Made by a program: the position numbers and the translations under genes. The notes beneath the pieces were generated by a model that had not been told where the DNA came from, did no database searches, and worked only from the letters and a program-made list of their open reading frames with translations. A stretch of 63,926 nucleotides of DNA, filler included, from Intoshia linei (lineage: Eukaryota; Animalia; Orthonectida): NCBI GenBank assembly GCA_001642005.1. It is 5 parts of 5 records of this genome, joined end to end, with 100 filler letters (N's around TTAATTAATTAA, not from the genome) between each part and the next. Parts side by side here need not be neighbours in the genome. Positions count along the whole stretch, not along the records: positions 30,849 to 60,969 come from LWCA01000379.1; positions 61,070 to 62,532 come from LWCA01002589.1; positions 62,633 to 63,926 come from LWCA01002686.1; 2 more parts are not named here. One strand, written 5' to 3'. Of the stretch, positions 50,901 through 63,332 are shown one piece after another; the stretch's first letter is position 1; every line of letters starts with the position of its first letter.

Positions 50901-53900
50901 ATTCTAGTAGAAGGTAGCGTTGGACTCCATTTTCATGTAGAAGTTTAAAACTTAAATATTTCCAGTATATAATATTTTTAATATTAAATTTAGTAAAAAT
51001 GTCCACGATAAATTTGGAACACTTGGAAAAGGTCATTTTTTTCATCTTCTAAATATAAATAAATTTACTTTACCAATGAGGCATGTGTTACAGAGTACCT
51101 ACCAAGTATACCCCAAAAAAATGTTTCACAAAATCCATATTTATTATAAATTTTTCTTAAAAACAAAAAACTGTACTTTAATTATTAAAAAGGGTATACG
51201 TTTATTTTCGGGACAGTCTAAAATTTTTGGTGAATCAATACATATAGAAATTTTAATTTATTTAGGGATATCTGTAAAATAAAAAATAAATGACCACCTC
51301 CAATTCTTTTTGCATTTCAAGCATGTCAATGGGATCTAAATGACAATAAAAACAATAATTTTGACAATGACAATGACAATAAATTTTTTAAACAAACCAG
51401 TATATTTATTGCGTTGTATTGGGGAATTATCATTTTGAGAATAGTGGTTTTCTACATTTGTGTTGAAACTTTCCATAGATAAAAAAATAGTATTAAGTAT
51501 TTCGCAAATAAAATATATATTTTTTATAATCTGATTGAAATCTATATTGATAAACTAAAACCATATAAAACTATTATTTTAAAATTTAGAAACCGGAAAT
51601 TCATCATTTGTAAAACTAAATGATGGATTAGGTTTTAATGGTTTGCTTGAAAGTAGTAAAAATATGTATGCATGCCAAAGCTGATCATGTATGTCATTTG
51701 AATCTGTTGGACAACTATACATATAATTAACACATACACATTCTAACCTTATATTATATTTTTCTCCAAAAGCCAAAAGATCAACATTTGTGGTAAGAGG
51801 AATGCATACAAGTCGAGCAAAAACGGAAATTTGAAAAGATATAATTCGAATGTTATTGCACATTAAAGGACGAACTGCATTAATTCCATGTATACAATCA
51901 AAGTGTAACAAAATTTTTTCTCGAAAGACCAGACTAATATATATTATTATTGACATATTAACACAACATACTCATATATTAATATATATAATATTAACGA
52001 TCGGGCATGTTATCGAGTATTTGCGATTTCAGAAATTACATAAACAATGTTTGAATATAACATAAAATAGTGATGAAAAATTTTTTTTGGTATCATGTGT
52101 AAACTTCACAAATTGTAACCTAAAGTTGTTACCAATGACAAAATTTGAAACACTTTACTACTTATTTTTTATTCACGGTTTAAAGTCGTTTAAAAGTATA
52201 AATACGTTAGCTATAACTAAATCTAAAATGTTAAGTGAAAACCAGAGCCATTTTAAGGCATGGGCAATATGGGCTGTAGCCCAGGGCCACTCATTAAAAA
52301 AGGCCTCAAATTAATAAAAGTAATTTACATTTATATCTTAGAAAGAGGCGCCCAATTTCAATATAAACCTCATTTGAATGCGCTCCTCCTTAATGTCAAT
52401 TGAGAATGATATCAGTTTTGATAATATCATATCTGATCTCATTCAGAAAAAGTGAGAAAACAACATTTGTAAAGAATTGTCAAAAATTTTTTGTGACTGC
52501 ATGGTGCATATTTTCAAATGAAAAAGTAAACTTGTAAAGTAAAAAATAAACCAGAAACCTACATAATATCTTTTAATGCTTTTATTAATACTCAATGAAA
52601 TAAGACTCTAAGTCTCCAACCAACCGTATGCCCCGTTTTCTAAAAAGGGGCCTTAAATTTTTTTTATAGCTTTGCTCCACATGGTTTTTCGCTTTGTTTA
52701 AAACTTTAAAGGGCCTCCGGCCCTTTTCTTAGTCCAGGGCCACGAAGTGGCTTAAGACGGCTCTAATGAGAACATGGCATTCAACATAAAATCACGGTTG
52801 ATCTAAATAACTATCATAATTCACTATTTCCTCGCATAAAGCTCAGTTTTAATTTTTCTAATTTTAACATAATAGTAACTAAATGTTATGTTACTAATAA
52901 CTTAATACACTTATTGAATTACATATATTAATATTGTATAGATCAGGGCTTCTCAAACTAGGGGTCGCAAGAAAATTTATTAACATTGTTGTTTTTTTAA
53001 ACTTAAAGTAAAAAACTTTAATTTAAATTTAAATTTTCATAAATTATCACTCATTTGAATATCCCGTTTGTCATTTACAAAATTTAAATAATTACTCCAT
53101 CACTAAAACTCATCTATAAAAACGTTAATATATCAATGAAAACATTGGCTAATAAAACAAAAAACCGAAAAAGGAGATACAGTAAATCCTTTTTACAATA
53201 CGGATTTACAACATCAATTCAAAATAATGAAGATCAACCTGTTTTGTATAGTATGTAATGAAATTTTAGCAAACGAAAGTATGAAGCCCTCAAAACTAAA
53301 AAAACATTTGAAGTCAAAGCATGCTATGTACGCTGATAAACCTATTGAATTTTTTAAAATTAGAATCATTTGAAAAGCAAAAATCGTCGTTTGAAACACA
53401 GGTGTACTAACAAGAAAAATTTTTATTAGCATATTATGAAGCATCGTATTATATTGCCAAAACGAGTAAGCCATTTACTATCGGTGAAGAATTTACTTTA
53501 CCATTAGCGATTAGAATAAATGAGATTATTTTCGGACAAAGTTACGCTAACCAATTAAAAAAAATTCCACTTTCAAATGACACTATTGAAGAAGGATTGC
53601 ACATATCAGCAAAAATCAGTTGGATCAACTCACTGAGAGGGTTCAAATTCGAAATTTGCAATTCAGTTGGACGAATCAACTGATATTAAAAATATGGTAA
53701 TAAGTTTCAATAAATTAAGTAATAAAAATATTACTTTTAGTATTCGTTGTTGTTGTTTTAATTTGTCTTATAATAACAGCTTTCGTGAAGATTTATTATT
53801 CTGCAGATCGTTAAATGATTACACGACGGGAGAGGCAATTTTTCTAAAAGTTGATGAATTTTTCAATGAGTTCGGTCTTAAATGGAATAATTGCATCGGT

Positions 53901-55538
53901 ATTTGTACTGATGGTTCAGCTGCAATGAGTGGTAGACTGAATGGATTTTATTCTAAAGTTAGATCAACGTGTATTAATCCTATTAATTTTACTTATTGCA
54001 TGATTCACCGAGAAGCGCTCGTCTCTAAAAAAATTTCAGAGGATTTGAATTCTGTTTTACTAGACTCAACTAAAATCATTAATTTTATAAAACTCGCGCG
54101 CTTAATACGCGACTTTTTGCAAATTTATGGCTTTCAAGAGGAAGAGCGTAAAAATGTCTATTAATGTTAAAAAGTGAACTTATTCTATTTTTGTCGGAAA
54201 ATAACCAACTTAGGAAAATTTTTTCAAAACACAAATTGGATGTGCAAATTATATTAATTGTCAGATTTATTTGAAAAATTAAATGAATTGAATATTTCAC
54301 TTCAAGGAGACCATACTAATATTTTTAAATTAAAATCTAATTTTATGGGCTTTATAAAATTAATATATATGTTAATTAAGTATTAATTTATATAATTAAT
54401 ATTATGGAAAAATAAAATTGAAAAAAATCAATATGAAATTTTTTTTAAGACAGCAAATATTGCTGATAATGCATTGAATATAGATTCTATCAAGGTTGTA
54501 ATTATTGAACACTTATAGAACTTACAAACCAACTTCACAAAATATTTTTTACCGGAATTAAACAATAATACATTTAATTGTATACAAAGTCCATTTTTCG
54601 ATGAAATCAGTCACGTTGATCACTTAGAATTAGAGGTACAAGAAGAATTTCCATCTCTATCAAAAATAGCTATAACGATTCTTCTTCCGTTTTCTACCAC
54701 TTGACCGCAATAAAGACAAAATATCCAGTCTTAAAGATATAGAAATGGTTCTAAAACCAACAATCACAAACATTAAGCCTCAATTTAATTTATTATGTAA
54801 AAAGCAACAATTACGTACATATCATTAAAATGTACATAATTATTTTTAGTTAATTATAAGCGTTATTTTCATGTCTTTATTTCCAATCATTGTGTGTACA
54901 TTTTTAGGCTACCAACTTAGTAATTTTTTTAATAACATGTATATTATTTTGATGAACAGGGGTCGTGAGTTAAAAAATGTGAGAAGCCCTGGTATCAATG
55001 GTATACCCACGCAATTTTTTCAAATGCCCTAACATACAAATCTATTTATTTAAAGTTATTACCTTTGACCATCATAAATAGAAATGAAAAGTACATAATT
55101 GATGTTTTTTTGTCTAAACTAATAATTATAAAGTTAAAATAATCATACTAGATCATGTGAAAATGGCAATTTTGAGCAAAATAAAATTAGACCAGATGTA
55201 TTTTTAGAGTTTTCCATGTCTTGAACGTCACTATTTATGAAAAACAAGGTTGACACTAAAAATTTCATTACATTATTAAAATTGTAAATTTTGATCATCT
55301 ACCCAAATCTTGACCTTCCAATAACACTTGATCGCATGATATTTGTTTATTGGAATGTAATCTTACACTTACGCCGAATCCACTAAATGTAGATTATACA
55401 AGTTATGATTACAATGATATTATACTTGTGCCGTGAATAGATCCCATCTGACGACAATTTTTCTAGTCTTATTTTAAATTCTACAAGGGCATCGAAATAA
55501 GGAGGTGTTAGTTTGTGTTGAGAGATGTTGGATACCAT
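47990..55538 (-). CDS. Uncharacterised multi-exon gene or genes; the N-terminal part has a C2-like beta-strand pattern
   Basis: In-phase 5' exons: MVSNISQHKLTPPYFDALVEFKIRLEKL..|NGFGVSVRL..|VSTLFF..LPFSHDL|FRQKNINYVLFISIYDGQ. Further exon-like ORFs at ~51579-51935, 50770-50850, 49640-49885 and ~47990-48085. Connectivity and the 3' end are uncertain. Confidence 0.4.
48661..49508 (+). mobile_element. Internally deleted and partly inverted derivative of the hAT-Buster element at 52944-54991
   Basis: Shares the left end (GGCTTCT..AAACTAGGGGTCGCAAGAAAATTTATTAAC). Right TIR AGTTTGAGAAGCACT. TSD ATTTAGAT/ATTTAAAT. Confidence 0.85.
50477..50544. mobile_element. 68-bp miniature TIR element (hairpin)
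   Basis: TAGTCAGACCTCTCAATACCGCC, a 22-nt spacer, then GGCGGTATTAAGAGGTCTGACTG, TA-flanked. A solo TIR copy lies at ~9682-9697. Confidence 0.8.
52243..52765. mobile_element. hAT (Tip100-like) MITE
   Basis: CAGAGCCATTTTAAG and CTTAAGACGGCTCTA, GGGCC subterminal motifs, flanks GTGAAAAC/ATGAGAAC. Confidence 0.65.
52944..54991 (+). mobile_element. hAT transposon of the Buster/Charlie (ZBED5/SCAND3-like) type with a pseudogenised transposase
   Basis: TIRs CAGGGCTTCTCA and TGAGAAGCCCTG; degenerate 8-bp TSD GTATAGAT/GTATCAAT. Motifs: BED finger CNEILANESMKPSKLKKHLKSKH, KPFTIGEE, IPLSNDT, QLDESTD, GICTDGSAAMSG and YCMIHREAL. Confidence 0.93.
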
Positions 55539-56714
55539 TTTTTAAAAATTTCAAGATTTTAAATTAAATACTTTATAAAAAACTGAATTTTCATGTTTTA
55601 AATAAATTCAAATGTTTGTCATAGTTATTTGTATAATGGATTAGTGTAATAATTCATTACTAATGAATAATGTGGATTATGTTTGTGTTCCATTATCTAA
55701 AAATAATAGTGATTTATTATTAATGATCCACATTCAATGTTGTAGTTAATTAGACTTGGAAATGAATTCTATAAAAATATTTATTTGCATTGATTTTATT
55801 TTAAAAGATAAATACCTTCTGATTGTTACTTATTACTAGGGTGATTTTTTTTTAGCATATAAAAACAAAAAAATTTAACTTACAAATCAAATTTATTTAA
55901 CTTTATTAACTTTTGGGAAAAAAAATTCACGTAGTGTTTTTTTCGTTGAATTGTTTTCTGAACAGTGATGAAATCTCTTATTCGCCATAATAATAATATT
56001 TCTGGGGCCTTGTCGGCTGTAGCACCATTATATAAATTTTAAAACATAATTGTATTGCCATTATTAGATAGTTTTGTTGTGAAATGCCCGTCTTATGTCC
56101 GTAAATATTTAATTCAGGGTTTCATAACCTTTTTTAAATTTAGTATCCCGTTAGTCATATCCACTATTTCTAATACATCTGTAAAAAATAGAAAAGTGGT
56201 CCACTAGATGCAAAAGGTTTTCGATCCCAAATTTAAGTCGTAATAAAGATGTATAAAATGTACATTATTTGTTGATATAAAAATAAATAATAAGTTTATT
56301 TACTACAATCATGCATAAAATAAAAGTACAAAACTAAACGAAATTGTATAAAACAAAATTAATGTTTGAAAATATAATTTAACTTTTAAAAATAAAATTT
56401 AACTTTTGACAAATATTATTTAACTTTATCAACTTAATCAAATTTTAATTATGCAATTAATACACGTAAAATTATTATCATTGTGATTGTAATTTGATGC
56501 GTATGAACATATCAAAATTTGCCCTAGTTAAAAAATAATCGCTTTACTTATTACATAGTTTATAGTACTGTATAATAAATTACGCACTGTAGAATCTATG
56601 TCCCGAGGTCAAAAATATGGTTAGTTCGGAAAAAAACACATATGTTATGTGTTATATGATGTTATTTGAATATTTACATAATTTATTAAAAATATAATCT
56701 TAATTATAATTTAA

Positions 56715-58356
56715 CTAGGTTGACTGTTATGTACGACGTACAAACGTCACCTAGCTCTACCGAAGGCACATTTTTATTCTACCAAAAAAATAAATTCATG
56801 TTGAAAATCTAACTTAAAAATTCTATTATTCACTATTATCAATCCTTAACAGCGGCGGATCCAAGAGGCTAGTTAATGGGGTGCGAGCAATATATTTAAC
56901 TACGCCAAAGGCAAAAAATTTTTTAGGACGTCTAATTTAATATCAAGGCGTCTAGTTTGATTTCTAGTCTTGGAGCGTCTCTTTTAATTTCACTTAAAAG
57001 TTTATTTATTGTAGATGTAGATGTGCATGTAAAAAAAAGCATCAAATCACATGATCAATTGTTCATGTCATGTTACGCGCCATCTATATTGTTTTAATAA
57101 ATTAAAGCATTTTTCAGTTATTTTACAAAACATTAATTAAAAATTTAGGGGTGGAACTGCACCTTCTGCATCCCCTTGAATACGCCTCTGCTTAAAACGA
57201 GTGGTTCCTAAATAATAAATAAAAATATTTCTTTTATTTTAAAATATTTGGGAAAAAAAATATATGAATACTAAAATGCTTTTATGACCGTGAAGTCGTC
57301 ACTTATTCGGATTAAAATTTTTTGTGTGTGTTAACAGGGTACAACTGTACCACATGTAAATTTTTTTAAATTCTAGGGCGGTTTTATTAAAAAAAAAGTA
57401 ATTTGTGGTTTTGGCCCTGAAGATATAATTTTTTTAAATTTAAAGTTATGATAATGTTTATGATTTTAAAATCTGTATCAGCGTATATATTTTTTTAAAT
57501 TCTCCAACTTGTTTGATTTTTTAAAAAAAAGGACAATTGGGGTTTTTGATTTGTAAGATGTAAGTTTGGGAGGTTGAAATTTATCTTATTATACGTCCCG
57601 GAAAAAACTGTAATTGAAATGTGCACTTTATAAAATTCTAAGACTAATAGTTATTAAAATAAAGTAGAACACACACACCTTACTTACATATACAGGGTGA
57701 TTGGTAAGTAACGCCCGATTTTGATTTTAAAAACTTTGGGGTTTGAAAACTTAAAGTTTTTCCTATTAAATTAATTTAATTAATTTTCTTATCTTGATAG
57801 CGTGAAAGTATGGGGACATGGTTAAAACAAGAAAGATAACAAGTGAATGGTTAAATGAAAAGTTTGGCGAAAGGTGGATTAGCCGTCGCGGCTTCATCGA
57901 ATGGCCACCCAGATCTTCAGATCTTAGTACATGTGACTTCTTCTTATGGGGCTTTTTGGAGGAATGTGTTTACAGGAGGAACCCAAGAAGCATTGAAGTA
58001 TTGAAAAACACAATCACAACGGAGATTTCAGCAATCAATGCTAATATTTGTCAAACAGTGTGCCGCTCAGTGACTGATCGTTTGCGACGTTGCCTGGTAG
58101 TTGAAGGTCGGCAGTTCGAGCATTCGAGTCAAACAGACTGAGGTTCGTTCTTAAAACTTTTCATTTATTCTTTGTTATTGTTAAATACATTCTTAATCAA
58201 TTATATTATACACTTTTATTCGTCTTTGTATTATTTGTCTTTGTATAACTTTCTTAGAATCTGAAATCTGACGTTTTGCCGCATTATGTGCAATTTAAAA
58301 TCGGGCGTTATGTACCAATCACCCTGTATAATTATAATTACCTATATAAGTAAGGA
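56715..58356 (-). mobile_element. Helitron-like copy interrupted by a hAT-type MITE (56850-57190) and a Tc1/mariner element
   Basis: 3' end (read on +) CTAGGTTGACTGTTATGTACGACGTACAAA at 56715; family body at 57250-57690; 5' end (read on +) TATAAGTAAGGA at 58345-58356. Confidence 0.6.
57693..58326 (+). mobile_element. Internally deleted Tc1/mariner element retaining the transposase C-terminus
   Basis: TIRs CAGGGTGATTGGTAAGTAACGCCCGATTTT and AAAATCGGGCGTTATGTACCAATCACCCTG with TA TSD. ORF contains WISRRGFIEWPPRSSDLSTCDFFLWGFL. Confidence 0.92.
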
Positions 58357-60576
58357 TATCACGTGCAAATTTTTTATTGTTGTTGATTTTAACATGAACA
58401 TAAATATATATCAAAAATAATTTGACTACATATATCCTATGATAATAATACATATGGACATTAAAGTGTCAATTTATTTTTTCTAGTAACATTTTGCATG
58501 ACGCTTAGCATACGTTCGTATTCGTTTTCAAAATAAATAAGAATGATGTTGCACTTCTTATTTAGTGAATCTAAATTTCTTACGAATGAAAATGTCATAA
58601 AAAGAATACTTTCAGTAAAATTCAACCACGACATTAAACCTTAAAATTTTACATTAAATCAAATTTTTGAAGTATATGCAAAATCAGTGTTTTATCACTA
58701 CAACACAACATCCCTCCAAAGAAAAATCCCAAAAATCCCTCCCAAAAAATTTGGCTATGGTAAATTTGAATATTCTAAATTTTAAAACTAAATAAGAGCA
58801 TTATAGCACGTCTGAACCCTCAAAAATTTTAAATCCGTATTATAAAGAAGATAAAACGAAACATAAAACTACAGAATAAACTGTTAAACCACACCCAAAG
58901 AAAACAATCAATTGGAGACGTATGGCAAAGATAATTTTATTGCACATTTTCACAGTGATAGTTACAGTGAAGCTGAAGATATAAAACCTACAAAATTAAG
59001 ATCTTGTGACAAAACAAATATTTCCTTACATGGAGATTTACGTAATAGTTTTTATAGCACCGGTTAAGATTCTCTGCTCTATATAATATTATATATATAA
59101 CTATGTATTAGGACATGAATTCTTAACCTGGGCTGCCGGCACCCCAGGGGATGAGTTAGAATTAAGTGACGGGATAATTTAATTTTTTTAAATTATAAAA
59201 TATATTCATTAATTTAAAAATTTTCCCATTAATAATAAAAATTGTCTTTTAAATTTACAAATATTTAACATAATTTATTGTTAATAAGGTTACAAAATTA
59301 TTTGAAATATAGACTGATATCTTCTTTTTTTTTTTGATGTGATTCCTCACTGGTTTTTTTGAATTTTAGATATACTTCAAGGTCCAAATTATAAATGATA
59401 TCAGCTGTTATGCAGTGCTTAGAATCAACTTATTGTTTCATTATTTGATAGGATTTTTGAGAGGTAATATCTGTTTAAAAATTAATTGTTTCAATTTCTT
59501 TAATATTATGGATTTATTTATAATATCAGATTAATTTATCGCTAAGTTTAAAATCATTTATCTATTTTTTAGCAATTTTTCTATCCGAATCGCCTCCAGC
59601 AATTTTTTTTGTTTTAATGAAATTTCAGATTTTTGAAAACATGGTCCGCTTCTTATTAAATTTTATTATGAAATTTTTATTTCTTGCATAGTCACACAAG
59701 TCATTTATATATAAAAACGTAAGAGTAATCAAAATCTTGAAATTTTTTAAAAAGTGGTCGGTTTTTCACAACTGGATCATACAATAATGTAGAAAAAATT
59801 TTGGCATCTATAATTGTATTGTTTGAACTTTTAATTGTATTATTAGAATTTGTAATCACATTGTTTGAATTTGTAATTATATTATTAAAATGCACTGTAA
59901 ACCACCTACTAACAAAACAAATAAAATTTTTAAAAGATAATATTAAAAAATTTTGTCTTTTGTACTACAACAAATAATACACTTTTCCATATATTATAAT
60001 TAGGTTTTAAAATTTATATAATGAGGTGATACAACCGACAAGACCTCATAACTATTATTATTACGGCGAATAATAGATTTCATCACTGTTCAAAAAAAAA
60101 TTAAACGAAAAAAACATTATTACGTGAATTTTTTTTACAAAACTTAATAAAGTTAAATAAATTTGATTTTTAAGTTGAATTTTTTTTATAGATTAAAAAA
60201 AAATCGCCTAATTATAATACGTTATCCTTATATATAAAGGTATATGTGTTAAAATTTGACCTTAATGTTAAAATATGTATAATAATTAATGAATCAAAAT
60301 TGTGAATAAAAAATACATATTTAATGAAATTCTGTAATATCTGATCTTGATATGTTCTATGGTCAATTGGATTTAATTAAAAAATTAGAATATAGTACAA
60401 ACAACAATTACACTGACATAGTTATACTGTCCAATGGTCATTATAAGGTAGAAAATGGACTAATTAATAAAAATTTCAAATAAAATAAGATTTAAAAGTA
60501 TAAATATAATTTCATTCACCAAATAATACATTAATTTACTTTACAATTTGCTTTTTATACAAATCGATAGAACAAA

Positions 60577-60969
60577 ATGATTCGAAATTATAAAATAATC
60601 ATCTATTTTATTTATTTTATTCACTGTACAACAGCATCATCAATAAAAGGTAAATATATGTATTATATATATATACAAATAAGGTAATCGACTTGCAGAA
60701 AAGGGTATCAATAATATTCTTGAACAATTTGACTCCGTAAATAATAGAGCAGATGGAATTGCCCCAAACAATATGAATAATGACCAGATGCATCAGAATG
60801 ATCATCAGGGAAACAACTTTGGTCCTCAAAACATAAATAATAACCACAATTTTAAGAATAACGATTGTTATCATCAAAATGATTCCAATAACAACGGATA
60901 TAATGATTTTGATCCAAACAATATGAATAATGACCAGATGCATCAGAATGATCATCAGGGAAACAACTT
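60577..60969 (+). CDS. Secreted Asn/Asp/Gln/His-rich tandem-repeat protein, 3' end lost in a gap; exons 60577-60649 and 60684 to the gap
   Basis: Signal-like MIRNYKIIIYFIYFIHCTTASS, a 34-nt phase-1 intron, then PNNMNNDQMHQNDHQGNN repeated identically at a 150-nt period. Confidence 0.75.
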
Positions 60970-61239
60970 NNNNNNNNNNNNNNNNNNNNNNNNNNNNNNN
61001 NNNNNNNNNNNNNTTAATTAATTAANNNNNNNNNNNNNNNNNNNNNNNNNNNNNNNNNNNNNNNNNNNNAAATTAAAAAAATGGGATAATAATTGTTTTT
61101 AAAATTTTTTACGCAAATGTTAAAAAAAAATTAAGATGAAATAATTCACTTTAAAGTAAAAAGTAATGTGATATGACGGTTCCACACAACAACCTGAAAC
61201 AAATTTGGAAACCACTCTTTTAAAGGATTGATAATAGTT

Positions 61240-61564
61240 AATAGTAGGATTTTTAAGTTAGATTTTCAACGTGAATTTATTTTTTTGGTATAATAAAAGA
61301 GTGCTCTCGGCAAAGCTAGTTTATTTATATATTTCAACATGCAAAAATTGAAATTTTTATTTTTAATAGACTAAATAGTAAAAAAAATTACATGTCATAG
61401 CTTATAATTTTTACCCTTTTACATGTATGTTGAACCATGGCGACTCTCCGACTCGGTCTACTCGGGCAAAGCTCGAGTTGATATTTTTATATTTTTGATA
61501 TAATAAAAGAGTGCCCTCGGCAAAGCTAGGTGCTGTTTGTACATAGTACAAAACAGCCAAGCTA
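61240..61564 (+). mobile_element. Helitron-like 3' end with a duplicated subterminal motif
   Basis: TAATAAAAGAGTGCYCTCGGCAAAGCTAG occurs at ~61291 and ~61501. Ends TGTACATAGTACAAAACAGCCAAGCTAG|T. Confidence 0.55.
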
Positions 61565-62029
61565 GTTAAAATATAATAAGGCTCTAAAATTATTGCTTAG
61601 GTTGCATATTTTTAAAAATGATTTTGCTCGCTATATACAGCCTCGAATAAGGCTTACTGTTTTAGAACTTCACTTTAATATTAATAAACTTCTTGGAGCA
61701 CATGTATTTGCATTTCTATTTTGATAATGTTAGATTCGGGCTTTAAATCTACAAGATTTTTCGAATTTCAGATTCAATAGCTTTATCTTTCCTTAATATA
61801 TTACATATTAAAGTCAGCTGGTGCAAAATTTTTTACAAATCTTTATTACAAAATTTCAGCACATATGAGCTGTTTTGGAAACAATTTAAAGCAAAAGCAG
61901 TAATAAGACAATCCTTTGTAGAAACATTTGAATGAAATATTGAAACCAACAAGCAAGTTATTGTACCTCTTTGTTATGGCAAGATAGCAGTATTAGCAGT
62001 CACAAAAAAACAAATTTTAGCAGTTATTA

Positions 62030-62532
62030 CTAGCGAGACTAAAAAATGAACCGTTTGTAAAAAATATTCTGACTGGTGATGAAAAATGGATACATTGTGA
62101 TAAAACTAAATTGAAAAAACAATAGCTATATTCTCAGGAATCACCGATATTGGCTCCAAAGTTAAACTTTATGGTGAAAAGGTAATGATGAGTATTTGGT
62201 TGGATATGAAAGGCATAGTTGATTATGAATATCTTAAAAGTAAAGAAACTATTAATGCGGAAAAGTATTGCGAACAATTGGATAAATTGACCCATGCAAT
62301 TTACCGTAAAAGACCTCAAATGTTCTCTAAAGGTAATATTATTTTGTTACACGACAATGCTAGACCTCATACTACTATAAAGACTAGAAAAACATTTAAT
62401 GGATTTTAATTATGAGGTATTAGATCACCTACCATATTTTCCAGACATTGCTCCTTCCGACTATCACTTTTTTAGGTCGATGAGTAACCATTACCATGGA
62501 AAAAAATATGATTTAATTGAGCATTTAAAATC
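62030..62532 (+). pseudogene. Mariner (Mos1/Hsmar-type) transposase pseudogene, cut by a gap
   Basis: ILTGDEKWIH, KVMMSIWLDMKGIVDYE, ILLHDNARPH and HLPYFPDIAPSDYHFFRSM, with frameshifts. Confidence 0.92.
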
Positions 62533-63332
62533 NNNNNNNNNNNNNNNNNNNNNNNNNNNNNNNNNNNNNNNNNNNNTTAATTAATTAANNNNNNNNNNNN
62601 NNNNNNNNNNNNNNNNNNNNNNNNNNNNNNNNTCATTATTTGCTTTGTAGCATGGTTCTATGTGATATCAATTTTAAATTTAGTATTATTACTTATTAAA
62701 AGTATACTTATATCAAATTGAATATCAAATTGAATGTTACCAATTAATTTAATAAATTAAACTTCTAGAATTTAAAAAAATATCAATTCTGTTGCTCGTT
62801 TTAAATTCAATAACATTGTCGTTAATCTCAGCCTTAGCAAATATTATATTTATTGTCAAAACACCAAATTATCCATTTTTTTAAAAATAAAAAAATTACT
62901 ACAAGTGTATAAAACATAAATTCTAGAATAATTTTTACAATCATAAGCATTATCATAAATACGAATCTCAATAAAGTGTTTTTTCACGATTAAAACTAAG
63001 ATTGCGTTTTTATATAATTGAAAATAGACCTAAAATTTTAACAAGTAGTAAAGCTCATGCAGCTATATCTACTTAATACACACAAAAAATTTTAATATCA
63101 GGAAGTGATTTATTTTATAAAAAAAATTAATTTGTGTGTTTAATTCTGAAGAGCCAATTACTGTATATTAAATGTTTATTAAAAAATTATATTAGATGTT
63201 GTCATCGTATAAATTCCGTCACTTTCACTTTTTAAAATAAACGGTAACAAACACACAAAGATATTATATTTAATATAGGTAAAGTATTTGTACTAATGAA
63301 ACGGTTCCATATCTATTATTGAATCGAAATAC

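Larger units (their letters stand above)
55837..60210. mobile_element. Element with ~220-bp terminal inverted repeats (55837-56055 and 59995-60210) enclosing nested insertions
   Basis: The left arm TAGGGTGATTTTTT...CTGAACAGTGATGAAATCTCTTATTCGCC...TTGTCGGCTGTAGCACC..TATATAAATTTTAAAAC matches the reverse complement of the right arm ending AAATCGCCTA. No clean TSD. Confidence 0.7.

Noticed and set aside
63293-63332. Terminal exon DMEPFH* for the Cys-module gene
   Set aside because: It would require a 20-nt intron, shorter than any other seen here. The 3' end is left unresolved (read-through gives KGISIQ*).
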